Of a stretch of DNA of 64,000 bases, positions 10,114-19,855 are shown one piece after another. This DNA comes from a virus, in the IMG/VR virus record IMGVR_UViG_3300046524_000141, positions 3,988-67,987 of that record. The stretch is one strand, 5' to 3'. The number at the start of each line of letters is the position of its first letter. The stretch's first letter is position 1. Made by a program: the position numbers and the translations under genes. The notes under the pieces are model-generated. The model saw only the letters and a list, made by a program, of their open reading frames with translations, had not been told where the DNA came from and ran no database searches.

Positions 10114-10469
10114 ATATGGCCACCACTTTATATCTCGACCCGGCCACATGGGACTTGACCGTAGACGCATCGGGTTCAATCGCCGTCGCCGCCGATCCCT
10201 ATGCGCTAGCGCAAAACGCCGCGACAGCATGCCGGACGTTCCTCGGCGAGGTTTGGTACAACCAAGCAACTGGCGTCCCATATTGGCAAGACATCCTCGG
10301 CCACTTCCCCGCCCTATCCATCGTAAAGGCTGATCTTGTTGCTGCCGCAGAGACGGTTGCGGGGGTTGCGAGTGCACAAGCATTCATCACGGGCGTCGTG
10401 AATCGTCAACTACAGGGCCAAATCCAGGTAACGGACACTGCCGGCAACGTCTCGGCGGCCAGCTTCTAA
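10110..10469 (+). CDS. Baseplate wedge/sheath initiator (gp25/W-like)
   Basis: WDL..D...FLGEVWY...GVPY motif; lies between spike and J. Confidence 0.7.
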   Translation: MNMATTLYLDPATWDLTVDASGSIAVAADPYALAQNAATACRTFLGEVWYNQATGVPYWQDILGHFPALSIVKADLVAAAETVAGVASAQAFITGVVNRQLQGQIQVTDTAGNVSAASF

Positions 10470-10527
10470 CTCGGCCACATTGAAATAACCAAGCCCGCCG
10501 CGCGCGGGCTTTTTTGCGTCCTCTCCC

Positions 10528-11754
10528 ATGTCAACAAATGTGCCGAGCCCAGTCCTTGGGCCGAATGGCTTCACCGCGCCAGCAGAATCGGCCATTCTTG
10601 CCGGCGTTCAGGAGGATCAACAAGCCGCGTTTGGTAGCGGGTTGGTCATCACGAACGCAGATGGCACGCCGAACCTGACGACGCCCCAAGGTCAACTGGC
10701 CACGTCGCAGACGGCAATCATCGGCGACAAGAATGACCAATTCCTGGCGCTTTCCAATGGTGTCGATCCCGCATTTGCTTCTGGGCGGATGCAAGACGCC
10801 ATCGGCCGAATCTATTTCATCGAGCGCAATCCCGCCGAGCCTACTTCAGTTGTTGCGACCTGCACAGGCCTAACTGGAACCCCCATACCGGTCGGCGCCC
10901 GCGCGCAAGACGTTAGCGGCAATATCTATCTCTGCACCGAAGCCGGGACGATTCCGGCATCCGGAAACATCGATCTGACGTTCGCCTGTACGGTAACAGG
11001 CCCGATCGCATGCCCTGCCGGCCAACTCAACGCCATCTTTCAGGCCATCCCTGGATGGGATTCGGTTCTGAACGCCAACCCAGGCGTCATCGGATCAGAC
11101 GTCGAATCTCGCGCGGACTTCGAAAACCGGCGCTCGCAATCCGTTGCGCTTAATTCGAAAGGATCGGTCCCGTCCGTCCGCGGTGCCGTGCTCAACGTGA
11201 CGAATGTGCTGGATGCATATGTCACCGACAATCCAACCAACGCACCGGCAACGATCGGCGGCGTTGTGGTTGGTCCGAATACGTTGTACGTCTGTGCGGC
11301 TGGCGGGGCATCGCAGGACATCGGAAACGCTATCTGGACGAAGAAAAGCCCTGGTTGCAACACGCAGGGCAATACCCCAGTCACGGTCGACGATACGGAC
11401 GGCTACACCCCGCCCTTTCCACAGTTCACGATCAGTTACGACACGGCGGCAAGTCTTCCGATCCTGTTCCTAGTGCAGATTGCCAATGACGCCACTCTGC
11501 CGGCGAACATCACGCAACTGGTACAGCAGGCGATCGCCAATGCCTTTTCAGGTGCTGACGGCGGGCAACGCGCTCGCATCGGTCGTCGCATTCTCGCGAG
11601 CCGGTTCTATATCGGCGTGGAAAACATCGATCCGAACGTCGAGCTTCTGTCTATCCAGATCGGTACGACCACGGCGAACGCGAACTTCGTGAACGTGAAC
11701 ATCAATCAGATCCCGACGCTTGATCCGAGCAACATCACGGTCGAACTGGTCTAG
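10528..11754 (+). CDS. Baseplate J/gp47 family protein
   Basis: TPQGQLA, DP..ASGR.QDAIG and G.DVES.ADFE.RR motifs. Confidence 0.85.
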   Translation: MSTNVPSPVLGPNGFTAPAESAILAGVQEDQQAAFGSGLVITNADGTPNLTTPQGQLATSQTAIIGDKNDQFLALSNGVDPAFASGRMQDAIGRIYFIERNPAEPTSVVATCTGLTGTPIPVGARAQDVSGNIYLCTEAGTIPASGNIDLTFACTVTGPIACPAGQLNAIFQAIPGWDSVLNANPGVIGSDVESRADFENRRSQSVALNSKGSVPSVRGAVLNVTNVLDAYVTDNPTNAPATIGGVVVGPNTLYVCAAGGASQDIGNAIWTKKSPGCNTQGNTPVTVDDTDGYTPPFPQFTISYDTAASLPILFLVQIANDATLPANITQLVQQAIANAFSGADGGQRARIGRRILASRFYIGVENIDPNVELLSIQIGTTTANANFVNVNINQIPTLDPSNITVELV

Positions 11755-11768
11755 TCCCGAGGCGCGAT

Positions 11769-12500
11769 ATGCAGAATGTTGATCGCACCATCCTGAGCCA
11801 ATTCGCGAACAGCACAACGATACTTTCGCTGATAGAGAGTTTCAACGATGCGGTAGATCCTAGCGCGGATATCGACGCCTTTTATAACCTGGTTTGGAAT
11901 GTCGATACAGCGGTCGGATATGGTCTTGACGTCTGGGGGCGGATTGTCGGACTCGAGAATGGCCGGCTGCTGAAGATCCCCGCGGGAGAAATCAATCTCG
12001 GATTTGATGAGGCCGGGATAGCAAGCGCGACCGCGTTCGGGTCAGGCGTGTTCTCTACCGGCTCCATAGTCACGCAGAACTTCTATCTGGCTGATGACGC
12101 GTTTCGCGCGCTCATCATGGTGAAGGCGCTTGCCAATATCACCGATTGCTCGATCCCGAGTTACAACAAGCTTCTCAATCTGCTGTTCGCCGGTCGTGGC
12201 CGTTGCTACGTCAATGACCTCGGCAACATGCAGATGCGGTTCACGTTCGAATTCTTCCTCCAGCCATTCGAACTCGCCATTCTCACGCAGTCCGGGGCGC
12301 TACCCCGTCCTACGGGCGTGCAGGCGTTCGTAATGTCGGTCAGCCTGCCGTTCACCTTCGGGTTTGCGGAGGCGGGCACTCCGTCTGCAGCTCCATTCGG
12401 CCAGGGGGTGTTCTATTCCGGCGTCAATTTCATCACTTCGCCCGTGAACCCTGGAGCGCTGGACCAGACGTTTGTCCTCGATCAGTCGACGCTGTCCTGA
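11769..12500 (+). CDS. Baseplate wedge protein (DUF2612-type)
   Basis: SQFANS, TAVGYGLDVWGRIVG and LPRPTGV motifs. Confidence 0.8.
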   Translation: MQNVDRTILSQFANSTTILSLIESFNDAVDPSADIDAFYNLVWNVDTAVGYGLDVWGRIVGLENGRLLKIPAGEINLGFDEAGIASATAFGSGVFSTGSIVTQNFYLADDAFRALIMVKALANITDCSIPSYNKLLNLLFAGRGRCYVNDLGNMQMRFTFEFFLQPFELAILTQSGALPRPTGVQAFVMSVSLPFTFGFAEAGTPSAAPFGQGVFYSGVNFITSPVNPGALDQTFVLDQSTLS

Positions 12501-12568
12501 CGCCGCATCTCTTCTTTGATTATCCATAGCCCGCAATCGCGGGCTTTTCTTTTTGGGTCCGCGCCAAC

Positions 12569-13714
12569 ATGCAGGCTAGTCAAACCCCCACGCTTGTCCC
12601 GCTCGCCTTTGCTGCCAACGGCACGAAGAACGCGATCCCCGAGTCGTCGCAGATCGGCATTACGCCCGGTGCGGCGAGTTTGAACGATGGCTTCCCGCCG
12701 CTGACGTTCACGCCGATTGCGGCTGGCGGTGTGCCGCCTGCGGGTGCCGATTTCAACGGTGTTCTCAATCTGATCACGCAGACGATCCGATGGAAGCATG
12801 CGGGCGGTCAGTTCGGCTACAACTCCACGTTTGCCAGCGATGCGAACGTCGGGGGATATCCGCGCGGCGCGCTTCTGCTTCGTGCAGACCAGAGCGGCAT
12901 GTGGTTGAACCAGACGGACAGCAACACGACGAACCCGGATACCGGTGGCGCCGGCTGGTCCGCAGCATTCGTGAGCGGTACAGTCGGGCAATCGCGCAAT
13001 CTGTCCATGAACGTGGCGACGGCTGCCGCGACGGCGACGCTGACCGCGGATGAAATCGTGGTCGGTACTGCCTTGGGCGGCCACAAATACGTGCTCGGCT
13101 CGTTCAGCAAGACCATCAACCTCGCCACCAACGGCGCGGGCGGAATGGACACTGGTACGGCGCCTGTATCGGGTTATGTCGCGCTGTACGCCATCTACAA
13201 CCCGACGACGCAGACATCCGCCCTGCTGGCGACGAATGCGACGAGCACCATTGCGCCTAACGTGTACGGCGGCGCAAATATGCCGAGTGGTTATACGGCT
13301 TCGGCACTGGTGAGTGTGTGGCCGACGAATGGAATCAACCAGTTCAATGTCGGAATGCAAGTTGATCGAAAGATATACACAGGCATCTTTACCGCCTTAA
13401 ACTCCAGTACTACGCAATCATCCGTGACAGCACTGTCTATTTCTTCAACTGTGCCAAAGAATGCACGTTCATGTTTTGGCAATATGCTAGCGCAAGTGAA
13501 TGCCGCATCTACTGCGGCACTTAGCATTTATGGAAATAGTTCGAGTGTAGGTGTTAGACAGTGCTTTCTTAACACTACATCAAGTGCTGGCGGCGGCAGT
13601 CAAACACCATTCTCGGACCTGGCAATTGGTACGGCACAAACGATTTATTACAGCAGCACCAACAGTGCCGGTGCGCCGAATTTTCAAATCCTGATTATCG
13701 GCTACGAAATATGA
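12569..13714 (+). CDS. Tail fibre protein
   Basis: GFPPLT...GGVPP.G.DFNG.L and GGYP.GA N-terminal baseplate anchor; divergent C-terminus. Confidence 0.85.
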   Translation: MQASQTPTLVPLAFAANGTKNAIPESSQIGITPGAASLNDGFPPLTFTPIAAGGVPPAGADFNGVLNLITQTIRWKHAGGQFGYNSTFASDANVGGYPRGALLLRADQSGMWLNQTDSNTTNPDTGGAGWSAAFVSGTVGQSRNLSMNVATAAATATLTADEIVVGTALGGHKYVLGSFSKTINLATNGAGGMDTGTAPVSGYVALYAIYNPTTQTSALLATNATSTIAPNVYGGANMPSGYTASALVSVWPTNGINQFNVGMQVDRKIYTGIFTALNSSTTQSSVTALSISSTVPKNARSCFGNMLAQVNAASTAALSIYGNSSSVGVRQCFLNTTSSAGGGSQTPFSDLAIGTAQTIYYSSTNSAGAPNFQILIIGYEI

Positions 13715-13896
13715 TTAATGTTCAATTCGCAGATAGTACGAATACCTCGATCATCTCGTACTTAGGCTGCCCACAAGACCCGAAGGTGTGGTCGAACCTC
13801 GGTACGGTAGCGACGAATGACGATAGGTGGAAGTCGTATTACGACGCGCAATCCACCTTCATCCAGCAGTATCTTCCGTCGCCGTCCGGCGCATAG
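13711..13896 (+). CDS. Small tail-fibre-associated protein
   Basis: 61 aa, ATGA-coupled to the fibre gene. Confidence 0.6.
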   Translation: MINVQFADSTNTSIISYLGCPQDPKVWSNLGTVATNDDRWKSYYDAQSTFIQQYLPSPSGA

Positions 13897-13927
13897 CGGG
13901 CGTTTGATTGCGAGTGAGCCTGTATTT

Positions 13928-14791
13928 TCAGGCTCTTTTCATCCAGAATGCCCCGCCGTGCGATTCGATTCCTGCCAATAGTGGGTTCTTCAAAATCCCA
14001 TCGAGCGGACCAAGTAGAGTTGAGGAAACATGCGTAATATAGGCATTTGGCAACAGAATCTCATCGCCCGCCGCCCCTCCCATAAGATATGCGGCGAGCA
14101 AGTATTGTTCGTTGTAAAAGCGATCTTTCCAGTTATCGGGATAGTCCCACGGTAAGAATATATCGTGAAGTCCATATATCATCCCGCTCGGAAAGCAAGG
14201 GAGGATCTCCGTGAAGAAAACTGTTACGTCTGAATTAGGGAAGGAGCGATGGCTGTTGTCTACAAATAAGACGTCCTCGCCAGTCAAAGATTCGAAAAAA
14301 TCGGCAGGAACGTCTTCACACGCAGACCTGATAATGCGGTCACAGATGCTGTCGATATTAGCTCTCGGGAACGGGTCAATCGAAACAATAGAGGTTCTAA
14401 GTTGATGATCGTGGATTGCCTGACGAGCAAACATCGTCGAATTGCCAGATCCAATTTCGACGTATAGACGTGGATTATTTATTGCCAATAGGCCGTATAG
14501 GCTAATCGCATCTACCGCAGGGAACCAACCGTTCAACCACTGCGGCGATAGGATGTTAGGAGTATCGTTCCGAACTGGTATCTTTTCAAAGTCGGACGAG
14601 AATTTCGCGAATTGCGTCAACAGATCGGTGTATCTCTCTTTGCCTTCGTTTATGAGGGCGAATGCCTTAGACTTCTGCGCATTCAAAGTCCTATGCCGAG
14701 GATGGTATGGATATTCCAGCTTGATAAGACGGTTTTCTCTTTCCAGTCTCTCTAATTCAGAAACATGCGTTGATTCTACCGGCATATCCAT
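13928..14791 (-). CDS. Class I SAM-dependent methyltransferase (Methyltransf_24-like) moron
   Basis: VEIGSGNST, SIDP, LFVDNSH and HDIFLP..YP...YNEQY motifs; low GC; antisense. Confidence 0.85.
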   Translation of the reverse strand: MDMPVESTHVSELERLERENRLIKLEYPYHPRHRTLNAQKSKAFALINEGKERYTDLLTQFAKFSSDFEKIPVRNDTPNILSPQWLNGWFPAVDAISLYGLLAINNPRLYVEIGSGNSTMFARQAIHDHQLRTSIVSIDPFPRANIDSICDRIIRSACEDVPADFFESLTGEDVLFVDNSHRSFPNSDVTVFFTEILPCFPSGMIYGLHDIFLPWDYPDNWKDRFYNEQYLLAAYLMGGAAGDEILLPNAYITHVSSTLLGPLDGILKNPLLAGIESHGGAFWMKRA

Positions 14792-14889
14792 CCCCTTTCC
14801 ATTTGTGGATCCGCGTTTGCGAGTTGCGCATCATACCCGAAATTCCGTATCGCTATCACAACCTCCACCCGTCCTTCATGGGGGAGCAG

Positions 14890-15990
14890 TCAAGATTGTC
14901 CCCCGATGATTGACTTGACCAGCGGCGCGACGATGGGGGCCTCCAATTGAGCCTTGATAGCGTATAGCGCATCGCCCGGATGTACGCAATCGGTGAGCAT
15001 GGCTTGCCAGCCCGGCAGCGCGAGAATCGCTTGATATTCGCCGACGATCGGCACGTCCTCCGAAGATGCTACAGCCTGAAGTGCTACTACGTAAGACGGC
15101 ATTAGCGGCTCCCTCACCAGTTCGCAGGACGGGTTTGGTTCGTAGATAATGACCTGCTTGCCGGCCGACTTGGCGATCTGCACAAGCTGCGTCATGTATA
15201 GCGCATATTCGGACGGAGACTCTGGCACTATGCCGTCCTGCAACACTACTGAATGATACGCATCGTTCAAGGCGAAATTCAGCGTAACGATCTGCGCTTT
15301 CGACTGAGCCATCTGATTGACCCAAGTCGGATGCACTCCGTCTATGCCATTCAACAGTTGCGACGCCTCGGTGCCGCTAACACCCTGATTACTGATTGTG
15401 ACGGTTGATCCGAACTGGCCTTGCAGGAGTTTTTGGAGCTCGACCGGTTCATTGTTCGCTGTGACCTGGCCGACCCCGTTGACCGCCTCCGTGCCTAGTG
15501 TCGTCGAGTCTCCGTACTCTTCGATCAGGACAGTTTTCGGAGTGGGCGTTGGTGCCGATGCGGCAATTGGAGCGGATGCGGATGGGGGCGCCACATTGCT
15601 TGATTGCGCTGGGCTGCTACCGCCACCTCCGCCCCCACCGCAAGCCGCGAGACATATGCTCAGTCCGACGATTGCTGCTGCTCTCCAGCCGGCACCAGAT
15701 CGATGTGCGCGCCGTGCCGGCGCATCCTTTCGAGAATGCGCTCGATCGTTACCTGGTCCAATTCGAGCTGCGCCATCATGGTGAAAAGCATTTGTGCGCT
15801 CATTGGCCGCGGATTGTTCGGATTGGTGTACTTGCGCCAGTGCTGATCGCCGGCAAGCCACGCCAGATCCGCCATTTGCTTTCCTGTCCAGCCGAGTTCC
15901 GCCTTCAGGTCCGCAAGGTCTTTGGTGCTTGGGTGAGAATACTTGATGGGCATAACTGGGCACTCGCCGCGCACGGAATGTGAGCTTCAT
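14890..15990 (-). CDS. SGNH/GDSL hydrolase with internal lipoprotein-like signal; true start uncertain
   Basis: YGDST (block I), NQGVSG (II), ALND (III), DCVHP (V); LAAC lipobox near aa 115; AAGGA RBS before the 15990 ATG. Confidence 0.8.
   Translation of the reverse strand: MKLTFRARRVPSYAHQVFSPKHQRPCGPEGGTRLDRKANGGSGVACRRSALAQVHQSEQSAANERTNAFHHDGAARIGPGNDRAHSRKDAPARRAHRSGAGWRAAAIVGLSICLAACGGGGGGGSSPAQSSNVAPPSASAPIAASAPTPTPKTVLIEEYGDSTTLGTEAVNGVGQVTANNEPVELQKLLQGQFGSTVTISNQGVSGTEASQLLNGIDGVHPTWVNQMAQSKAQIVTLNFALNDAYHSVVLQDGIVPESPSEYALYMTQLVQIAKSAGKQVIIYEPNPSCELVREPLMPSYVVALQAVASSEDVPIVGEYQAILALPGWQAMLTDCVHPGDALYAIKAQLEAPIVAPLVKSIIGGQS
15660..15953 (-). CDS. XRE-like HTH regulator nested in another frame of the SGNH ORF
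   Basis: DLADLKAELGWTGKQMADLAWLAGDQHWRKYT helix-turn-helix pattern. Confidence 0.7.
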   Translation of the reverse strand: MPIKYSHPSTKDLADLKAELGWTGKQMADLAWLAGDQHWRKYTNPNNPRPMSAQMLFTMMAQLELDQVTIERILERMRRHGAHIDLVPAGEQQQSSD

Positions 15991-16044
15991 GATTTCGTCC
16001 TTTCGGGATAAGCGGGACTCGCGATTGCGTTTCCCTATGACGTT

Positions 16045-16073
16045 AAATTAGCTCCTTCGGGGCTAGTCGTCAA
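16045..16073 (-). promoter_or_regulatory. Sigma70 promoter with an operator-like inverted repeat in the spacer
   Basis: Minus strand TTGACG-17nt-TAATTT; TAGC-N9-GCTA inverted repeat at 16049-16065. Confidence 0.65.
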
Positions 16074-16133
16074 GCGATAAATCACATAAAACCCAAAGCC
16101 GCCTCCGGACGGTTTTTTTACGCCCCCTCGAAA

Positions 16134-18566
16134 ATGACCGTCAATTCGAATTTCACTCCCGGCCAGGTTCTGACCGCGTCCCAACTGAACTCGTCGTTTG
16201 GATCGGCCGCCAGTCAGACCGACATGGCGCAGATTCAGAACGGCACCGCGCCGGATGCAGGCACACTGACGGGCTCAGAAACACTGGCAGCGAGTCGTGG
16301 CGCGGGGCTGCTGCAGACGACGCCGACGAAGATTGCTCAATTCGTCACCGACACCTACTCGGTGGACTGGCTCAATACGACGGGATCAGTTCCTGCATCG
16401 ATCTACAACTTCTTTTCGCAGATCGCAACGGCGTCCAATTTCAATATCGTCGGTGACGGTTCAGACGAAACTGCGAAGTGTGTAAATGCGATCACATACA
16501 GCGCGACGCACGGCATCAGGCTCGACTGGCAAGGCAAGACGATTGGATTCACGAACATCAACGCGCTCGTTGGCGGCGGTGTCATCAACTGGACTGGCGT
16601 ACCGAAATTCACCCAGCTTGCGGCCCGTGACAACACGACGCCGGGCTTCCAGGTCGGCGGCGCTCCCCTTGCGACTGTGGCGCTCGCCTCGACGGCACTG
16701 GCGGGCAGCTACCAGATCACGCTGAGCGACGCCTCGGCCGCGCAGCCTGGATACACGATTCGTCTGCTGACGAACAAACTGGCGTTTGGGGATCACCGCT
16801 TCGATCCGAATAACGCAATCGGGCAGCTTGTGAAAATCAAAGCTGTATCGGGCAATGTTGTGACGTTGTTCGATCCGCTGGTATTCGACCTGCCTGTCGG
16901 CATGATCACGACGGGTACCGCGCAGGCCGGCACGACCACGAACATCACCCTGTCCGCGAGCGACGCGTCCACCGCAAGCCAGTTGAACAACTACCTGCTG
17001 ACCATCACAGCCAGCACCGGAGCGGGACAGTCACGCTACATCAACACGTACAACGCAACCACGAAGGTTGCGGACATCGGCACGACCTACACGAGCTTTC
17101 CGCAGGCGCCCTGGACAACCGCGCCAGACGCCACGTCGCAGTACTCGGTTGCGGCGACCTGCAGTGCGCAGATCATTCAACCTGGCTACGTCAAGAGCCT
17201 CGGCGATATGACCGTAACCGGCTTTGCGACGTCAGGTCTGTTCGTCTATGGTGTGCAGTTGCAGTATTGCGATCGGCCGCTTATCGATGGTGTCGCCATC
17301 TCGAACTTCTCCCGCATGGCGCTTTACACGCGCTTCAACTATTTTCCGAAGGTTGTCAACTCGCACTTCGATGGCGCGAACGAGGCAACGAGCGGCGGCG
17401 GCGGATTGGGATACGGCCACAGTTCCCTTGGTGACTATGGCTGTATGGTCGAGAACTGTTCGGCGACTGGATGCCGCACGGGTTTCGACAGCATCAACGG
17501 ATCGATGTTCGTGTCACATCGCGGTTGCAAGGTCGTAGGTGGCGGACTGGCCTATGATGGCAATCCGTTCTGGCCAGCGCCATCGGGTTATCCAAATAGC
17601 GGCATTTCGAACCATACCGGCACGTTCGGCGTATCGGATATCGGTAACGAAATGATCGATGTGTGGGATAACAAGAACCGGGCCTATTGGCATGTCGCGC
17701 ACAACAATGTGATTCGCGGCCAGGTCAATTATCCGTTTTACATTTTCTACACGACGGGTGGCGACTATCGTGGGAACACCTACGAAGATGGCATGACGGC
17801 CGTGCCCAGCAGCGGCATGAATGCAAACGTGAACGGAACCGAAACTCCAGTAACGAATGCGTCGATTGTCAATCGCGCAATCTCGATGTTCTACATCCAG
17901 CAGGCTGGGCTCGTGCCGTATGCGACTGTGACAATCGACGGAAACAGGGCGAAGTCAAGCACCCTTACGGGCGTCTACTTGGGCATCCCGGATTCGGCCG
18001 GCACGCTTGGGCTTTACGTCACGAACAATGACATCGATGTTGTCGCCAATAGCGCCAATAGCTGTTCGGTAATCAACGGCGACACGGGAACTATCGGGCT
18101 GCGCGATCTCAAGATCGCAAACAACGAGTTGCGTGCGGGCGGTTCGGCGCTTGGAAATGTCAAGGTCAGCAGTATGACCAAGTACCCGATCATCTCGCAA
18201 ATATCGACGTCAACGCCGTTTGTGGTGCAGATCGGCGTGAGCAAGTATCTGTGCATTTTGCCGAACAACACGGCTGCCGATGTCGTATTTCCGAGAGACC
18301 AGAGCACATTCTCTCTGACCGTGTTCGAAAAGGATGCGGCTGTGACGAATTACTTCAGCGGCATCGTCACGCGAGGAAATACGACGCCAGTCCTGTTGTC
18401 GGGAAGTTCTGGGGCGGCGCTCAGTGTCGCAGCGCTAACCGGATCGACGGGCACGTCTGGAAACATCACTATCTCGAACCGCAGCACGGATGGCCGGTTC
18501 ATCCTTGAGAACCGATCTGGTTCAACCGGTCGGTTCATCGTGTCGGTTGAAGGCATCATGAACTAG
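16134..18566 (+). CDS. Tailspike/depolymerase (right-handed beta-helix)
   Basis: FTPGQVLTA.QLN anchor, GDGSDET motif and Asn/Gly-rich beta-helix repeats; 810 aa. Confidence 0.75.
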   Translation: MTVNSNFTPGQVLTASQLNSSFGSAASQTDMAQIQNGTAPDAGTLTGSETLAASRGAGLLQTTPTKIAQFVTDTYSVDWLNTTGSVPASIYNFFSQIATASNFNIVGDGSDETAKCVNAITYSATHGIRLDWQGKTIGFTNINALVGGGVINWTGVPKFTQLAARDNTTPGFQVGGAPLATVALASTALAGSYQITLSDASAAQPGYTIRLLTNKLAFGDHRFDPNNAIGQLVKIKAVSGNVVTLFDPLVFDLPVGMITTGTAQAGTTTNITLSASDASTASQLNNYLLTITASTGAGQSRYINTYNATTKVADIGTTYTSFPQAPWTTAPDATSQYSVAATCSAQIIQPGYVKSLGDMTVTGFATSGLFVYGVQLQYCDRPLIDGVAISNFSRMALYTRFNYFPKVVNSHFDGANEATSGGGGLGYGHSSLGDYGCMVENCSATGCRTGFDSINGSMFVSHRGCKVVGGGLAYDGNPFWPAPSGYPNSGISNHTGTFGVSDIGNEMIDVWDNKNRAYWHVAHNNVIRGQVNYPFYIFYTTGGDYRGNTYEDGMTAVPSSGMNANVNGTETPVTNASIVNRAISMFYIQQAGLVPYATVTIDGNRAKSSTLTGVYLGIPDSAGTLGLYVTNNDIDVVANSANSCSVINGDTGTIGLRDLKIANNELRAGGSALGNVKVSSMTKYPIISQISTSTPFVVQIGVSKYLCILPNNTAADVVFPRDQSTFSLTVFEKDAAVTNYFSGIVTRGNTTPVLLSGSSGAALSVAALTGSTGTSGNITISNRSTDGRFILENRSGSTGRFIVSVEGIMN

Positions 18567-18578
18567 GAGTCGCTGTTG

Positions 18579-18794
18579 TCAAACGGCGATTTCATATGTC
18601 ATGTGGATCGCTTGCGCAACCTGGAGATGGCGGATCACCTCGTCTTCAAGCTCCGTGACATTTGCCTCTAGTTCAGAGGATGTCATGGAGCGGATTTGCG
18701 CAAGGTTGCGGGCGGCAAGCGTAATTGATTCTGGCTGCATTCCGTGGTCTCGGCATACTCGTTCAATCGTCTGCTTTCTTTGATCTTGGTTCAT
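18579..18794 (-). CDS. Hypothetical protein
   Basis: 71 aa ORF filling the intergenic space, with a TATAAT upstream on the minus strand. Confidence 0.45.
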   Translation of the reverse strand: MNQDQRKQTIERVCRDHGMQPESITLAARNLAQIRSMTSSELEANVTELEDEVIRHLQVAQAIHMTYEIAV

Positions 18795-18926
18795 GTTTTT
18801 CGAAAATCGTTTCAGTGTGGGGGGGGATTATATCCACCTACGCGAGTTACGCCAGATGGGTCATTCTGCTTGATGCGGTCAGAATTACCGAAATTACAGT
18901 GCTCTGCTTAGCGCCCTTGGATTTCG

Positions 18927-18955
18927 TTGAAACTAGATGCACCAGACGATATGAT
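18927..18955 (+). promoter_or_regulatory. Sigma70 promoter of the DUF1796-like moron
   Basis: TTGAAA-17nt-TATGAT. Confidence 0.65.
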
Positions 18956-19015
18956 TCTTGCCGCGAATCGGACGGTGACCGTCCATCGGATCTATACACA
19001 TAGCGGCGGGGAAGC

Positions 19016-19714
19016 ATGAACAACGAAAAAGGGGCAACGGCCTGGTTGTCGCTGGGCGAAAACTGTTTGCCAGACGATATTCTTAAACGACACGGCCTCA
19101 AGTCCTACAGCTCGCCGTATTCCTCGGCTCGGTGCAATATCGACTATGCACTAGCGATGGAGGCAGACGACTACGAGACCTTGATTGACCCCACGACGCT
19201 GGTGCGCGGGGAGGTCTCTGGTGCCGGAGTGGTGCGATCTGCGAAATTTGTAGAGTGCGATCCGATCTACCGCGACCTGCACATGAATGGATTCGAATTC
19301 ACGCATGCTGATGTCATTTCGTCACCTGAAGCGCGAAGCAGTTACGAGCGAAAGGTGGGCCGAATGCTGGAATTGCGAGGCAAAGGCGATGTGGTATTCC
19401 TCTATCACCATCGTTACTCGAGTGCATCGAACCTGCCATTGCTTCGGGAGAAACTGAAGCGGTTTGCCGATCTGTATAGCAGCGATACCGCGCAATGCAC
19501 GATTGCATTGTTCTACCAGATGAAGATTCCCGCTCGGGCCGAGCGACGGCTCGAATCGAGTCACCAGGCCGGTCTGCCGGAATTCGTGTTCCACACCGAG
19601 CACGAATGGGCAGGAAGAGACCAGGACATCTTTTGGGCGCGCAACGATGATGACCTGATCGCGACAATGCTGAATGAAATCGCAGAGCAACTGGAGTCCT
19701 CGGTAACCCAGTGA
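19016..19714 (+). CDS. DUF1796-like putative papain-like cysteine peptidase (moron)
   Basis: SLGENC...LK..GLK..SSPY, F.H.D and Y.RK..R motifs. Confidence 0.7.
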   Translation: MNNEKGATAWLSLGENCLPDDILKRHGLKSYSSPYSSARCNIDYALAMEADDYETLIDPTTLVRGEVSGAGVVRSAKFVECDPIYRDLHMNGFEFTHADVISSPEARSSYERKVGRMLELRGKGDVVFLYHHRYSSASNLPLLREKLKRFADLYSSDTAQCTIALFYQMKIPARAERRLESSHQAGLPEFVFHTEHEWAGRDQDIFWARNDDDLIATMLNEIAEQLESSVTQ

Positions 19715-19736
19715 GGGGGCTGACTAAATATAAATA

Positions 19737-19793
19737 GAACCGGCCACGAGCCGGTTTTTTACGACCACAAGCCACCTTCGGGTGGCTTTTTTC
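19737..19793 (+). terminator. Tandem Rho-independent terminators
   Basis: AACCGGC/GCCGGTT+T tract, then AAGCCACC-TTCG-GGTGGCTT+T tract. Confidence 0.75.
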
Positions 19794-19855
19794 ATTTCTA
19801 GACCACATAAGCCGCCCACTGAGGCGGCATTTTTCATTTTCTCCTCGGGGTATCA

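Noticed and set aside
12569-18566. Diversity-generating retroelement or invertible tail-fibre cassette
   Set aside because: No reverse transcriptase, invertase, TR/VR pair or flanking inverted repeats were seen.
18819-18826. G8 tract as a phase-variation switch
   Set aside because: Short and outside any coding region or promoter spacer; no evidence of length variation from a single sequence.
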